From NCBI RefSeq assembly GCF_964213995.1, contig NC_135806.1:85684001-85748000 (forward strand): a stretch of DNA of 64,000 bases, written 5' to 3'. Numbering within the stretch: the first letter of the stretch is position 1; the number at the start of each line of letters is the position of its first letter. The notes beneath the pieces were generated by a model. It ran no database searches. It was not told the DNA's origin and saw nothing but the letters and a program-made list of their open reading frames with translations. Below, piece after piece: positions 62,336 to 64,000 of this stretch. The translations under genes were made by a program, and so were the position numbers. Source of the DNA: Mustelus asterias (Eukaryota).

Positions 62336-64000
62336 CTTCAAAGAAAAAAGAAAAAAGTTTATAGGTCGTAGTTCTAGGATATAGAGTTTCATTCAATAGT
62401 TGGCGTTATATTGTCGATAGTCTACCTTTTTTAAAGCGCCTTTATTAGTTTTAAATAGAGCTACAACTTATAAACGCTGGTAAATACTTGTCAACTTGTC
62501 TATTGAGAGAGGCAGCTCTAATTGTTAGAATTTCATATGGCGGTGGTGGCCCCACCCCATAGCTGAAAAGTTAAGGGAGAGCTTGCCTCTCGGATCTCCC
62601 TGGCTCTTGGCTCAACATAGGACCTCCACCATTGGAGAGAAAGCCCCAACTCAGGGCTGCCAGCAACTCTCTAGTGTCTACAGTGCAACAGGCAGTTCCC
62701 AAAGGGATGCCACGGGTGTGGACCCAACTCACACCCCTCACTTTGCCTCCAAAAGGTGTGTAAAATTCCCACCAATATTTCAGTTTAATAACTTTTTCCC
62801 AGATTTGGTAGAAGTTAGAGATTTAATAGTCTTTAAGCAAGGTACAAAGCCAGGGAAAAGGGAAAGAACAAAACTGTCTGCGATTAAGATGGAGCACAGG
62901 GAAAATTAAATTACAAAAGGGATGGGAAGGGGACAAGTAAAAAAACAAGAGATAGGTCCAGCAGTGTAAATTGTTACAACCGAATAGCAGAGGGGAAGGT
63001 AAGTAAAAGAAAATTTGCTAATTATGTGGGTAGGTTAACCTAAGAGTGTAGACCACCCCACCAACCATGTATCAATACAGAATCCCCAGCCTAAGCACAA
63101 TCCCATTGAACAAACTTTCTTCACGCCCAGTGGTTCTGGCGCAGTTATCCTACTTTATTAGCATCTGCCCACAGCAATGGCAGTGGTGGTTAAAATCTGA
63201 AGTTGTTAGACTCATGGTTAGTCTGGAAGGTGGTAAAATGCCCAACAGTAGCATAAGGTTCTGCTCCTCAGGTTTGTGTTGGACATCACTGGAGATGGCA
63301 GATGCGATGGAGAATCAAAGTTGCAAGCAACTGGAATCTCAGGATAATGCTTGTGGACTGAACAAAGATGTTCATCAAAGCAATCATCCAATCTATGATT
63401 ACCCTCCCATTATACAGGAGGCTGTATTGTGAGCAGCAAATACAGAATACCAATTGGAACAATTGAATTGCACCGGGAAGAACTTATGTGCTGGACATTT
63501 CAAAAACTGGAAGTGAAGTGGTAAGCATTGCATCTCCTGTGCTTTCCTTAGTAAGTTGCAAGCAAAATAGAGCATTGATTGTGATTCCCCCATTCCAATG
63601 AACTGCTTATTAATGTTTCAGTATTATCCATTAATTTGGGGCATTAGGTTTGATTCAGGGTTTTTAAAATTTCAAATGAAAGTACTGGATCAATTTTTCA
63701 GTTCTACCTTAATTATTAAACTTTATTGCTGAAATACTAAAGGAATCCTGAAAGAGTAAAGCACAAGGGTGCATTTACACTCTATGTGGATTCTTTTAAG
63801 ACTATTAAATGTCGGACGCCAGCTATTTCCCTAATAAGCTGCAGTTGCATACATCCACAAGCAAAACATAACTGGCAAAATAATTGCATTAGTCTTCAGA
63901 CCCTCCAGTGCAATACTGTATCAGTCAAATTCAAAGTAAGCATTTGCTTGATAAACAGGACCAAAATACTTCAAGACATAAACGAACCTCTCAATGCTAG

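Noticed and set aside
1-64000. CRISPR array or prokaryotic defence/RT system
   Set aside because: Eukaryotic intron-exon DNA; no regularly spaced repeats with unique spacers; all RT motifs belong to non-LTR retrotransposons

Overview
Vertebrate genomic DNA, most likely a shark (HE1-type V-SINEs, CR1, L2, RTE, Rex1 and Penelope-like repeats; species not determinable). Two genes lie on the minus strand in the same order as in human 5q22. The last eight coding exons of WDR36 run from 62335 down to the stop at 35781. The CpG-island promoter and first coding exon of CAMK4 (19760-19866) follow, and CAMK4 intron 1 runs off the left edge. Most of the rest is nested transposon debris. Highlights: (1) at least three Penelope-like families carry minimal hammerhead-ribozyme motifs, some in near-perfect fold-back insertions with long target-site duplications and covarying helix I; (2) an RPS8 retrocopy without poly(A) sits in the same orientation inside a CR1, replacing part of its RT region (possible template-switch chimera), and was later split by a younger CR1; (3) the CAMK4 promoter has a canonical heat-shock element and the leader has an overlapping uORF pair; (4) an unclassified 130-bp inverted-repeat element; (5) a locally templated insertion and a 230-bp tandem duplication. 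Repeat boundaries are approximate and family names come from recall, not database searches.
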